Shown one piece after another: positions 30,284-40,327 of a DNA stretch of 64,000 nucleotides (the stretch's first letter is position 1; each line of letters opens with the position of its first letter). The stretch spans positions 2,656,001-2,720,000 of the forward strand of contig OY762069.1 of the NCBI GenBank assembly GCA_963665095.1. The letters run 5' to 3'. The notes below the pieces were generated by a model, which was not told where the DNA came from, searched no databases, and saw nothing but the letters and a program-made list of their open reading frames with translations. The position numbers and the translations under genes were made by a program. This stretch comes from an uncultured Desulfobacter sp. GTDB lineage: Bacteria; Desulfobacterota; Desulfobacteria; Desulfobacterales; Desulfobacteraceae.

Positions 30284-31609
30284 TTATTTTAAAAAAAGAT
30301 CCGATCCTCCGGTAAAAACCACACAGGCCCGGTGCAGGCCGCCCTCTTCCCGGCTGGTATAGGACCAGCCGAGCCGATCACACAGCTGGCGGGTCAACTG
30401 CAGGCCCAGGCCAAAGCCCAGATCCCGGGGATTATTCTCTTCTGTTTCAATGTCATTGATGATCTGCACGCAGGTTTCGGTCTGAACGATTCTCACCCGG
30501 CCCTGCCAGGTATGCTGAAAAGCGTTGCGGATCAGATTTCCCGTCACAATGCGTGCCGGCACTTCGGGCAGGGTCAACACCGCCGGTACTGTATCCTGGT
30601 TCACCTCAACCGCCTTGTCCCTGAGCAGGTAGCTGGCTTCTTCCGTCAGTTCCCGGATGAGCTGTTCAAGGTTGATCTGGCTTTCAGGCAGGCGGCTCTG
30701 ATCATCCCGTCCCAGCCACAAAAGGGTCTGGGTTAAATGCTTCATGGTCCGGCCGGCCCGGTCCACCCGCTCAAGTACCCGAACTTTCTGCTGTTTTCTT
30801 TGCTCAACCATGTCCGGATCAGTATCCTGATCATCCCGGGCAGCTTTCTCAATTCGTTTAAGCAGCTCCACATTATTGTGGATCACGCTGATGGGGGTGC
30901 GCAGTTCATGACTGGCATGTCGCAGGAATCTGTGTTCCCTGTCAAGGCTTTTCTGAACCGAGGAGAGGCTGGTCCGGATCAGCCGGGCCAGTTCATTCAA
31001 TTCCGGATATACAAAATCAGGCGGGGTCTCTTTAAGCTTATCTGCGTCCAGCTTATGTGCCCAGCTGCCAAGGGCTTTTACCGGGCGTTCCACGGTCTTG
31101 AGCAGCAGCAGGATAATAGCAGCAATACCCAGAGCCGTCACAAAACTGATGGCAAGAAGCATATGAAGATTGGCTCTGTTATGGTTGCCAATCAGAGGAG
31201 AGGCCTTTTCACGGGGAGGCATGTGGCAGATGTAATAGGTACCGTTTCCATGGGGAACCGCCATGGAAAAAACGATTAGTTTGGGCGGAGAAAACCACTC
31301 TCCGTCCTTGGCCACTTCCATCCGGCCAGGCGTTTGGGGCGCATCAGTGATCTGCCTGATATTTTGGGGCATCTGCTGCCAATCCCTACTGATGAGGTAC
31401 CCGCTGAACCGGTTCAACTGTGAACGCTGTTTTTCCGGGAAGGTATCAATATAGCTTTCCAGGGCCTGGACCATATTGCCGGCAATAATGGCATCCATCC
31501 CCTTGACGAAAAATTTCACACTCAACACCGAATATCCAATGATCAGGACCACAGCCAGAACAAGAAACGACAGAGCCACAAACCATTTTAAACTTAATAC
31601 CGGTTTCAT
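30284..31609 (-). CDS. Sensor histidine kinase
   Basis: Two TM segments; H-box ASHELRTP; N-box NLIRNA; GFGLGL. Confidence 0.92.
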   Translation of the reverse strand: MKPVLSLKWFVALSFLVLAVVLIIGYSVLSVKFFVKGMDAIIAGNMVQALESYIDTFPEKQRSQLNRFSGYLISRDWQQMPQNIRQITDAPQTPGRMEVAKDGEWFSPPKLIVFSMAVPHGNGTYYICHMPPREKASPLIGNHNRANLHMLLAISFVTALGIAAIILLLLKTVERPVKALGSWAHKLDADKLKETPPDFVYPELNELARLIRTSLSSVQKSLDREHRFLRHASHELRTPISVIHNNVELLKRIEKAARDDQDTDPDMVEQRKQQKVRVLERVDRAGRTMKHLTQTLLWLGRDDQSRLPESQINLEQLIRELTEEASYLLRDKAVEVNQDTVPAVLTLPEVPARIVTGNLIRNAFQHTWQGRVRIVQTETCVQIINDIETEENNPRDLGFGLGLQLTRQLCDRLGWSYTSREEGGLHRACVVFTGGSDLFLK

Positions 31610-32283
31610 GTATCCTTACCTTTTCTTAGGGCAAAACCGCGTCCGGGAATCGTTTGAACCAAGGATACATCAAAACCCTCATCAACTGCTTTTCGCAGAT
31701 GATGCAGATGGACTTTCAAACTGTTGCTGTCCGGAGGATCATCCCCCCACACAAATTCGATGAGTTTTTCCTTTGGCACGGTATCAGGCGTTGCCCGCAA
31801 AAGCGCCTCCAGCAGCCGCCACGCAGTGGGGGACAGCTTGATGTTCTGCCCTGCCCTTGTCACAGTATCTTCCTTAATATTCATCTCAAGATCTTCACAG
31901 CGCAGCAGTTGCACCTGACCGCTGCGCCGCCGGGCAAGGGCCTGGATCCGGACCACCAGCTCTCTTAATTCAAAAGGCTTGACCAGATAGTCGTCGGTGC
32001 CTGCCTTAAATCCGGCCACCTTGTCATCCAGCTGGTCCCGGGCCGTGAGCATGAGGACAGGCGTGTCGTTGCCGTCCGAGCGCAGGCGTTCACAAAGGGT
32101 CAGGCCGTCAAGCCTTGGCAGGTTGAGATCCAGCAGCAGCACATCATAATTCTTATCTGTCAAAAGGTTGAGGCCTGCCACCCCGTTGCTGGCATAGTCA
32201 CAGTTGATGGCTTCAATGGCCAGATAATCAATCACGGTTTCAGCCAGATCAAAATCATCTTCCACCAGAAGCACGTTCAGCAT
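31606..32283 (-). CDS. OmpR-family response regulator
   Basis: LLVEDD, LLDLNLP, DDYLVKPF; C-terminal wHTH. Confidence 0.95.
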   Translation of the reverse strand: MLNVLLVEDDFDLAETVIDYLAIEAINCDYASNGVAGLNLLTDKNYDVLLLDLNLPRLDGLTLCERLRSDGNDTPVLMLTARDQLDDKVAGFKAGTDDYLVKPFELRELVVRIQALARRRSGQVQLLRCEDLEMNIKEDTVTRAGQNIKLSPTAWRLLEALLRATPDTVPKEKLIEFVWGDDPPDSNSLKVHLHHLRKAVDEGFDVSLVQTIPGRGFALRKGKDT

Positions 32284-35200
32284 GTCTCTTTCCTTTGGGC
32301 AAACGGGTTAATCCAACCCCTGAACCATGCCAGGAACCGGCAGATATCATGGTGAACCACCAGAAGAACCGGTATCAGGATCAGGGTAATCACAGTGGCA
32401 AACATGATTCCATAGGCCAGAGAGACAGCCGCAGGAATCAGAAACTGGGCCTGGTGCGATGTTTCATACAGCAGCGGCAGCAGCCCTGCCACAGTGGTCA
32501 GTGACGTCAGAAGAACGGCCCGCAACCGGCTTTTGCCGGCCCAGCTCACCGTTTCCACCAAAGAGGTGTCGGTGCTTCTTTTAAGATCATTAAAGGTGGA
32601 GACCAGAAGCAGACTGTCATTGACCACCACACCGGCCAGGGCGATGATACCATTGAGGGATAAAATTCCCAAGGACAAATCATTAATCCAGTGGCCAAGT
32701 ACCGCCCCCACAATACCAAAGGGGATGGCCGTCATGATTAAAAAAGGCTGCATATAGGACTTCAACGGGATGGCCAGAAGAAAATAGATGATGAACAGGG
32801 CCAGGATAAACATGTGTACCATGGAGGTCTCGGTCTCGGCCTGCTCCTCGGCCTCACCGGAGAAGTCAATATCCAGGCTTGGATACTGCTGTTTAAGCTT
32901 GGGAACCAGCTCTTTTTGAAGCTGGCCCACCAGTTCCGTGGAGGACATGATATCCTTGTCCACGTCTGCGGAGATGTACACCGCCCGTTTACCGTCTATG
33001 CGGGTGATGGTGTCCCGGGTGTACCCGTAGGTAATGCTGGCCACGCTGGTCAGTGGCACCACAGTGCCGTCGGAATTTCTGACATCGGCATTGAGAACGT
33101 CGCTGACACTCTTTCTGGCCCCTTCAGGATAGCGGACTTTTACCTCCACCTCGTCGGCAGAGCGCTGGAATCGCTGCACCACCTGGCCGGAAAAGGCCTG
33201 GAGGACCTGTTCCGCCAGCATGTCCGTGGTGAACCCTAAAGCCCTTCCCTCAGGCGTCAGTGCCATGAAGAGCTGGGGCTGGCCCGGCTCCAGGTTATCT
33301 TCAATGCCACTCACCGCAGGGATGGTGGCCAACTGCGTTTTCAGGGTGTCCCCTGCCAGGGTCAGTACGGTATCATCACTGGAGCGCAGTTCAATGCGAA
33401 GGGCATCCACCATGGCAGGCGCATTCTGGACACTTAAAGTTTTTGTGCCTTCAGGAGTTCCGCACAGCTCCCGCCACCTGCGGGTAAAGGTGTCGATATC
33501 ATAGGGCGCATCATCGGTCAGCTGCAGCTTCACAGACCCGGACTGGTCTGCCTCGGAAAGCACCTGCAGATAGGCAATGGCGCTGTTTTTGTCATCTCCG
33601 GCATTTCGCAGGGCCCGGTCAGCCTCATGGGCCCTTGACTCCAGGAGGGCTAAAGCGGCATGCGTCTGGCCGTAACTTGCATCATTTTTCATGGTCAGTT
33701 CCGCCCGCACCGTGTCGCCCGGGATGTCCGGGAAAAAGCTGAGGCGAAGCATACCGGTAAAGGGCATGGAAAGAACAAAGACAAAAATGCCGGCAAAGAC
33801 CACGAGTACGGTATAGCGATGGTGAAGTGCAATCTTGATCAAGGGGCCGTAGACACGTTCGTTCACCAGGTTCAGGCCCTGGTCGGTAACGTTCTGAATC
33901 CACATCCATAGCCGCTTGAACGGATTTTTGCCCGGGGTCTGCCGCGTATTGAGATGGGCCAGATGGGAAGGAAGGATCAGTTTGGATTCAATGACCGACA
34001 GGATCAGACAGATGGTCACGATAATGGCAAACTGGGAGTAAAGTTCCCCCATGTGGCCGCTGACCTGGGAGATGGCGTAAAACGCCGCCACAGTGGTGAG
34101 CACCCCGAACAGAGTGGGAATGGCCACGGACTGGGTGCCCCGGATGGTGTTTTCAATGGTGTCGCCCTCTTTGGAGCGAAGGGTATAGATGCTCTCCCCG
34201 ATGACCACGGCGTCATCCACCACAATACCCAAAGCCATGATAAACCCGAAGGTGGTAAATTCGTTCAGGGAGAGTCCGGCAAAACTGTCTCCCATGAAAT
34301 AAAGGGTGCCAAAAAAGATAAAGGGCAGGCCCATGGCCACCCAGAATGCCACAGTCAAATTGAGAAACATGGCCAGCAGAAAAAAGACAATGAGAAAGCC
34401 TGTCAATGCATTCTGGGCCAGAAGCTCCAATCGCTCGGTGATCATGGTGGAGCGGTCGTACCAGGAGGTCAGCTGCACATTATCCGGCAGGCTGCCGCTG
34501 GTTCTAAATTCCTCCACCACCTTTTTGGCCCCGGCCACGGTCCTGGAAATATCGTCCTGGCCTGTGGTGATGACCTGCAGGGCAATGCTGGTATGACCGT
34601 TGAAACGGGAAAGAACAGGGGTTTCATCATCAAAGGTGTCGTCTATCTTTGCCACATCGCCTAAATGAATCCGGCTGCCGTCGTCAAGGGTGACAAGAGG
34701 GATGGCGGAGAACGCCTCTTTTAAATAGGCCTGTTCCGATGCCTGGAGCTGCAGATAAAGGTTTTTATCCCGCAGAACCGCTGTGCGTGAACTGCCCGAT
34801 TCATTGTTAATGGCCTCCTCCACATCAGACAGGGACAACCCGTAAGACTGGAGCTGGGCTTCATCAATCTCAACACTGATCATGGGATCCAGATCGCCGG
34901 AGATCGCCACCCGGTTCACATTGGTATTGGCCAAAAGGTCATCCTTAAGCTCTTCGGCCAGGGTCTGCAGGGTATGGCGCCCCACCTCCCCGTATAGCTG
35001 GAGCCACAGGGCATGCTCCTCACGTTCCGCCTTTTCAATTACCGGCTTGTCTGCATCGGTGGGAAAGGTGGAAATGGCATCCACCTTGGCCTTGACATCG
35101 CGCAGCAGCGTGTCCAGGTCATAGTCATCCTTCATCTCGATGCTAACGGATATTCCTGTGGTGGTGGAGGAACTGGTGATGGTTTTAATTCCCAGCACAT

Positions 35201-35432
35201 CCTCGAGTTCTTCCTCAATTTTTATGGCAAGGCCCTCTTCGGACTGCTGGGCCGACCCGGAATCGTAAGTGACCGACACGGTCAGGCTGTTGGGGGAAAG
35301 ACTGGGGAAGGCTTCCTTCCGCAGTTTCCCCATCTGCATTAATCCTAAAGAAATGATCAGGATCAGCAGCAGGTTGGCCGCCACAGGATTCTGGGCAAAC
35401 CAGGGGATGATCCCCCGCATTTTGCTACTCAT
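32277..35432 (-). CDS. RND efflux transporter permease (AcrB/AcrD/AcrF family)
   Basis: NPVAANLL, GIVVDDAVV, GVVVND and RLRAVLLTSLTT; likely start ATG at 35432. Confidence 0.93.
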   Translation of the reverse strand: MSSKMRGIIPWFAQNPVAANLLLILIISLGLMQMGKLRKEAFPSLSPNSLTVSVTYDSGSAQQSEEGLAIKIEEELEDVLGIKTITSSSTTTGISVSIEMKDDYDLDTLLRDVKAKVDAISTFPTDADKPVIEKAEREEHALWLQLYGEVGRHTLQTLAEELKDDLLANTNVNRVAISGDLDPMISVEIDEAQLQSYGLSLSDVEEAINNESGSSRTAVLRDKNLYLQLQASEQAYLKEAFSAIPLVTLDDGSRIHLGDVAKIDDTFDDETPVLSRFNGHTSIALQVITTGQDDISRTVAGAKKVVEEFRTSGSLPDNVQLTSWYDRSTMITERLELLAQNALTGFLIVFFLLAMFLNLTVAFWVAMGLPFIFFGTLYFMGDSFAGLSLNEFTTFGFIMALGIVVDDAVVIGESIYTLRSKEGDTIENTIRGTQSVAIPTLFGVLTTVAAFYAISQVSGHMGELYSQFAIIVTICLILSVIESKLILPSHLAHLNTRQTPGKNPFKRLWMWIQNVTDQGLNLVNERVYGPLIKIALHHRYTVLVVFAGIFVFVLSMPFTGMLRLSFFPDIPGDTVRAELTMKNDASYGQTHAALALLESRAHEADRALRNAGDDKNSAIAYLQVLSEADQSGSVKLQLTDDAPYDIDTFTRRWRELCGTPEGTKTLSVQNAPAMVDALRIELRSSDDTVLTLAGDTLKTQLATIPAVSGIEDNLEPGQPQLFMALTPEGRALGFTTDMLAEQVLQAFSGQVVQRFQRSADEVEVKVRYPEGARKSVSDVLNADVRNSDGTVVPLTSVASITYGYTRDTITRIDGKRAVYISADVDKDIMSSTELVGQLQKELVPKLKQQYPSLDIDFSGEAEEQAETETSMVHMFILALFIIYFLLAIPLKSYMQPFLIMTAIPFGIVGAVLGHWINDLSLGILSLNGIIALAGVVVNDSLLLVSTFNDLKRSTDTSLVETVSWAGKSRLRAVLLTSLTTVAGLLPLLYETSHQAQFLIPAAVSLAYGIMFATVITLILIPVLLVVHHDICRFLAWFRGWINPFAQRKETC

Positions 35433-36597
35433 TTGTATTCTCCTGCACCGGGGTGACAGCCATGTCATCCAGGTAGTGGTTTAAGGGATGAATCAGCACT
35501 TTCTGGGGGGCGCCTGCAATATCTTCGGGCGGGGTCACATAGATGGACTGCCCGTGGCTGAATACCGGTTCCGTGGTAAAAGAAGCCAGGGTATTATCCG
35601 GTTTCACGTACCAGATTTCGCCCTTCTGACTGAAAGCTGAGCCTGGCAGCGCCCACAAGCCATCCATGGGAGGCCCTTCAATATTGACCGTGACAAAGGA
35701 ACCGAAAAGAAGCGGGGAGTCTGAATTCAGGGGGTGATCCAGCGCCACGATCACACTTTGCTGGCGCGATTGTTCATTTGCCTGCCGTGATGCCCGCAGG
35801 ATATAGCCGGCCCACGTCCGGCCGGTCTGGGCATGGACCAGGGTAACAGGCCAGGTGCCTTTGTTCAGGGTTTCAATGTCGGGCATGCCGGCCCATTGGG
35901 TGGCGGAAAGATTAATGGTAATTTCGGCCCGGTCCGTGCTGTATAGGGTGGCAATGGTAGAACCGGCCTGAGCGAAGCTTCCCGGGGCCACGGAGCGTTC
36001 CACCACCAGGGCGTCAAAAGGGGCTGTAATGCGGGTGTAGGAAAGATCGACCCTGGCTGTCTGAACAGCTGCTTCGGCCGCAGTAACAGCTGCTTTGGCA
36101 GCTGCCACCTGGGGTCCGTGAAATACCAGTTCAGAAGCCGGTTCCCCGGTGAGCCCTGAGGAGTTCCACTCGGCTTTTGCCTGGAGTGCCTCGCGCTCCT
36201 CTTCAAGCAGGGTCAGTTTGGCGTCGGACAGATCTTTTCGGGCCTGGGCCAGGGCCTCTTTGTATTCCGTGGTGTCCAGCTGGACCAGCAGATCACCCTT
36301 TTTTATAAGTTTCCCGGTCTCAAAGGCGTTGGAAAGTGTCGTTACCTGGCCTGCCACCCGGGATGTCAGCGTCAGTTCAAAATGGGGGGAAACCGTGCCG
36401 TAACCGGTAATCTGCGAATTGTAGCTGCCGGTGGATACCGTGGTCACGGAGACATCCGGATGCAGGATCACCTCTTCCTTTGTGGGGGCCGGCAGATTGG
36501 CCCGGGCCTCAATGGCCCCTTTAATATAAATGACAATACCGCCGAAGAGGATAACGGCCACCAGAAACACCATGATCTGGGAAATACGTCGAATCAT
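35425..36597 (-). CDS. RND efflux periplasmic adaptor (MFP)
   Basis: N-terminal anchor, SRVAGQV and RITAPFDA lipoyl-like motifs, coiled coil. Confidence 0.9.
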   Translation of the reverse strand: MIRRISQIMVFLVAVILFGGIVIYIKGAIEARANLPAPTKEEVILHPDVSVTTVSTGSYNSQITGYGTVSPHFELTLTSRVAGQVTTLSNAFETGKLIKKGDLLVQLDTTEYKEALAQARKDLSDAKLTLLEEEREALQAKAEWNSSGLTGEPASELVFHGPQVAAAKAAVTAAEAAVQTARVDLSYTRITAPFDALVVERSVAPGSFAQAGSTIATLYSTDRAEITINLSATQWAGMPDIETLNKGTWPVTLVHAQTGRTWAGYILRASRQANEQSRQQSVIVALDHPLNSDSPLLFGSFVTVNIEGPPMDGLWALPGSAFSQKGEIWYVKPDNTLASFTTEPVFSHGQSIYVTPPEDIAGAPQKVLIHPLNHYLDDMAVTPVQENTNE

Positions 36598-37952
36598 TAT
36601 TTTGCTCCAATGCCCAAGGCCAGTCCCAGGGTGACCCGGTTGGCCAGGCGTTCATATTTAAGATTATTTAATTCAATGGCAAGATCAAAGGTCTGGGTCT
36701 GTACCGTTAAAAGATCCAGCATGTCTGACAGGCCCTGGCGATATTTTTTCTGATACTGGGCCAGGGTGTCGATGGCGGTTGCAAGGGCTGTTTCAATGTG
36801 GGTCTGCTGTTTGGTTAAAGAGCGTTCAAGCCCTATGGCGTCTTCGATTTCCTGCACGGCATCGTAAAGGGTTTCCCGGTAGGCTTCATAGGCCTGGGCC
36901 GTTTCCAGATCCGCGATTTCAGCCTCGGCTTTGAGCTGACCGCCCTGGAACAAAGGCGCTGTAAGCTGGCCAAGCAGAGACCACACAGGACCTGTCAACA
37001 GCGCGCCCTCGGGATTTGAGGCCACATCCTCAAGGCTCGCCTCAAGGCTGATACTGGGCAGAAGATCTTTATAGGCCACATCTGCACTTAAATCGGCGGA
37101 CTCAATGGCCAGAAAGGCGGCTTTCAGATCGGGTCTTCGCTGCAACGTCTGGTCTGGCAGGTCTGCCAGGGGCAGGATCACATCCGAATAGTCATCGGAC
37201 ACGTCAATCTTGAATCCCGGATCCCCCAAAAGGGTGGCAAGGGCGCGCGACTGCTGGGCCAGGGTCTCTTTATATTCTTCCAGGGCAGCCCGGGACGACG
37301 CCGTAGCGCTTTTCGCACTGTCCAGATCCTCCAGGGAGCCAAGCCCGCTGCGATATCGTTCCCGGGTATACCCTTGTGTTTTTTCGAGCACCGTCAGCCG
37401 CTCCTGCTCAATGGCGATATTTTTCTTTGCCGATGTCAGTTCCAGCCATCCGGTCATAATCTGGGCGGCCAGGGTATCCCGGGCGGACTGATAGAGCATC
37501 TGCTGGGCTTCTACATCCTTTGATGCCGCTTTGGATGTGTCCGCCAGTTTCTGCCACAAATCCAGTTCCCAGCTCACCGTGGCGGTTCCCGTGTACACGG
37601 TGTCCTGATCCTCTTCCTTGAGAGCTGAATATCCGGCCGACACCTCAGGCAGTCGTGCGCCCCGGGTCTTTTTGTATTCGGCCTGACGAATTTTCAGGGT
37701 CAAAAGCGTCTGGGCAAGGCCTGGATTGGCCTCAAGGCCCTTATCAACCAGACTGTCAAGCGCATCTGATCGAATCAAATCACCCAGAATGGTAATCGTC
37801 TGAGCCCCGTCAAGATCACGCCATTGCGTAATTTTTGCCTGCTCCTGCTGTACCAGTGATCCGTAATCCGGATTTGAGCTGGAAACACAAGCCCAGAGAG
37901 GCAAAAGGCAAAGCAGACAAAATACCTGTTTATATGCCGGTTTAATTATCAT
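36597..37952 (-). CDS. TolC/NodT family outer-membrane efflux lipoprotein
   Basis: Lipobox LWAC; SWELDLW; RRPDLKAA. Confidence 0.9.
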   Translation of the reverse strand: MIIKPAYKQVFCLLCLLPLWACVSSSNPDYGSLVQQEQAKITQWRDLDGAQTITILGDLIRSDALDSLVDKGLEANPGLAQTLLTLKIRQAEYKKTRGARLPEVSAGYSALKEEDQDTVYTGTATVSWELDLWQKLADTSKAASKDVEAQQMLYQSARDTLAAQIMTGWLELTSAKKNIAIEQERLTVLEKTQGYTRERYRSGLGSLEDLDSAKSATASSRAALEEYKETLAQQSRALATLLGDPGFKIDVSDDYSDVILPLADLPDQTLQRRPDLKAAFLAIESADLSADVAYKDLLPSISLEASLEDVASNPEGALLTGPVWSLLGQLTAPLFQGGQLKAEAEIADLETAQAYEAYRETLYDAVQEIEDAIGLERSLTKQQTHIETALATAIDTLAQYQKKYRQGLSDMLDLLTVQTQTFDLAIELNNLKYERLANRVTLGLALGIGAK

Positions 37953-38046
37953 CTATTCGTCTCCATAATATTTTTCCCCATGGAACGGAAAACGATTAAA
38001 AAACCGCCTGCCTGTTTCCAATGGTATGACAGATATAACAGGTAGA

Positions 38047-38065
38047 AGGTTAAGAAGAGGTTAAC
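38047..38065. promoter_or_regulatory. Putative OmpR-family regulator box upstream of the efflux/two-component operon
   Basis: AGGTTAA direct repeat with 11-bp periodicity. Confidence 0.4.
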
Positions 38066-38069
38066 AATA

Positions 38070-38155
38070 AAAATAATTGGGGTCAGAAAATAATTGGGGT
38101 CAGAGTAAAATTAAATTTGTTGCAAATTTAATTTTACTCTGACCCCAATTATTTT
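38070..38155. repeat. REP-like perfect palindrome (33-bp arms, 3-nt loop) with a 17-bp tandem duplication
   Basis: AAAATAATTGGGGTCAGAGTAAAATTAAATTTG-ttg-reverse complement; one arm recurs at 59071-59098. Confidence 0.85.
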
Positions 38156-38161
38156 GGCGGG

Positions 38162-38473
38162 TTATTTATCTGTTGAAAGTTCACTGGCTGCCCCGACTGC
38201 TGCCATGCAGACAGCTACTGATGATTGGGAGTCATCGGCGGAAAATGTCATACCATCCCTGGAAAAGGAGGCCTGCCATCCGGTCTGTGTCATGCTTTTG
38301 GGGAAAAGATCTTTTAACTGGAAATTAAAACCTTTACCCTCAAGAACTTCGGCCAGTTCCATGGCTGCATGGATATCATACACCGCCTGGTGGGGAACAG
38401 CATCACCAAAGAGTTGTTTCAATTGTTTTTCCAACGTTTCCAGTCTTGATTCAGGCATTTTGTTTTCCAGCAT
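38162..38473 (-). CDS. Hypothetical protein, possibly phage ABA-sandwich-like fold
   Basis: YDIHAAMELAEVL...W.ASF...SVAVCMAA pattern. Confidence 0.6.
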   Translation of the reverse strand: MLENKMPESRLETLEKQLKQLFGDAVPHQAVYDIHAAMELAEVLEGKGFNFQLKDLFPKSMTQTGWQASFSRDGMTFSADDSQSSVAVCMAAVGAASELSTDK

Positions 38474-38533
38474 AATAGGGTTTCATTTTTTTACAATACG
38501 AGCCATTCCATCAGATGATACCATTGACCCCGA

Positions 38534-39007
38534 TTATTTCCAATTATTAATCGACGTGAATTTGCCACGGTATTCCGATGGCAGCAGTCCGGTATGTTTT
38601 TTAAATATGGATCTGAAATGAGCGCTGTCCTCATAGCCCACCTGCCTGCAGATGTCACTTAACGTTTTACCCTCATTTTCCAGGAGCTGTTTGGCTTTTT
38701 CCACCCGGATTCTCTGGATATAGTGGAGGGGGGAATCACCCGTGGCATTTTTAAATCTGCGTTCAAAAGTACGCCGGGTCATGCCGTGTCTGGTTGCTAC
38801 CATTCCCACATTTATTTCCCGGGAATAGTGCCCCTCAATCCACTCCTGGAATGCCCGGATTTTTTCATCTGAATGGTTTTTCTGAAATCGAAATACCCGG
38901 TAGGGGGCCTGGGAATTGCGCCCGAAGTCATGAATCAGGGATTTCCCGCACTGGATGGCCACCTCCCGACCACAGAATTTTTCAACCAGATAGAGACTTA
39001 AATCCAT
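38534..39007 (-). pseudogene. 5'-truncated GlxA-type AraC regulator
   Basis: Begins at DLSLYLVEKFCGREVA, the end of the DJ-1-like domain; AraC HTH intact. Confidence 0.75.
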
Positions 39008-39465
39008 TTAAAATTATATCGCTCTACGAGTGGCTCTGGGAAAAATATCAGGCAGGGGAGTTCACGGTGGAAACACCGTTTAACAATGAGATGGCCATTG
39101 CTGATTCATGTTATGGCAGCGAACTTGGGGACGATTTTTTCACGGCCCTGCGCGGACTTTACAAAGCTTCGGGGATCACGCCTGTTGAGCTGGATAACAA
39201 CCGTTATGAGAATCTTTGCTGCGGCTTTGCAACCGGTATCCGGAATAACTGGGATCATAATGCGGCCGGTAAAGAGGGTCTGCCCAAATTTAAACAGATC
39301 ATGCGAACAGGAGCAAAACATGTGGGGGTGAACTGTCCCGGCTGCTGGGCCGGCACTTACCAGACAGCCAAAGCTTTAAACGCGGAAATAAAAATCCATT
39401 TTGCGGCTAACTTTTTCCTGAAAGCACTGGGAGATTCCGTTCCGGATACCCGCAGCAATCATTGA
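39003..39465 (+). pseudogene. 5'-truncated CCG-domain Fe-S protein
   Basis: PFKIISLYEWLWEK...ADSCY...LCCG...NCPGC; no own start; abuts the GlxA fragment. Confidence 0.75.
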
Positions 39466-39537
39466 CAATGAAGATAACAGCAGAAAGGGGCATGAACAAC
39501 TGGGATCCATGCCGGTTATTTGAAACTTTTTTTCCTT

Positions 39538-39999
39538 TCAGCCGATTGCCCCGATCTGAACATCTTCCCGTTTTTCCATGGGATACTGGGAAAAGGTACC
39601 AAGCCCTGACGCCACAATATCACCGGTTTTCTGCTCTTGGATATCACATTCGCAGACAATGAGTCGTTTGCCGGTGTGCTTGACCCTGCCCCTGGCACTG
39701 AGTTCATCACCGGGTCTGATCATGCGCAGGTAGTTGATTTTAAATTCTACCGTGGCACATAAATTCCCCTGGGTGACGGCATAGGAAAGCGCGGAAACCC
39801 CTAAGGCGGCATCCATCATTGCTGCGGCCACGCCACCGTGGGCAGAGTTCGGGGCGGTTAAATGGTTCGGCCCCACAGTCAGGGTATAGGTAATATCCCC
39901 GGCATCGTTAACTTTCAGGGTCATACCAAAAAAACTGTCAAAAGCCACAGATTTACTGTAGCTCTCTCCAAATATTTTCATTAGCTCTGTCGTACTCAT
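39538..39999 (-). CDS. PaaI family hotdog thioesterase
   Basis: AHGGVAAAMMD and ATVEFKINYL. Confidence 0.9.
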   Translation of the reverse strand: MSTTELMKIFGESYSKSVAFDSFFGMTLKVNDAGDITYTLTVGPNHLTAPNSAHGGVAAAMMDAALGVSALSYAVTQGNLCATVEFKINYLRMIRPGDELSARGRVKHTGKRLIVCECDIQEQKTGDIVASGLGTFSQYPMEKREDVQIGAIG

Positions 40000-40156
40000 A
40001 TTACGTATTCTCTTTAATTAAAAATGAACAACCTTAACCTTTCTCAGCTTGTGCGCAGATTTATACTCCATCACCGGTTTCAATTTCAACAGCAACCGTT
40101 TTTCACTATTCGGCATAGAAGTATGGATAAAGCAGTTTTTTGTCAAGGAATAGATA

Positions 40157-40188
40157 AAAGACCGGCACAAATCAGAAGTGCCGGTTTT
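40157..40188 (-). terminator. Terminator-like hairpin downstream of the AOR gene
   Basis: ACCGGCAC...GTGCCGGT stem with A/T flanks. Confidence 0.45.
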
Positions 40189-40327
40189 GGAGGGATGGAG
40201 GTAAAAAAACCGTTTTATAAAAATTCAGGCATTCGGAAACAGGAAAATTGCATGGCGAAAGCCAGATATCTGATCATCCCGCAATAATCAAAAGAAATAC
40301 AGACTTCCGCCGCCATAATTTAAGGTA

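Noticed and set aside
38794..39465. 223-aa ORF as an intact gene
   Set aside because: The N-terminal ~70 aa is the antisense of the GlxA fragment, read across a deletion junction
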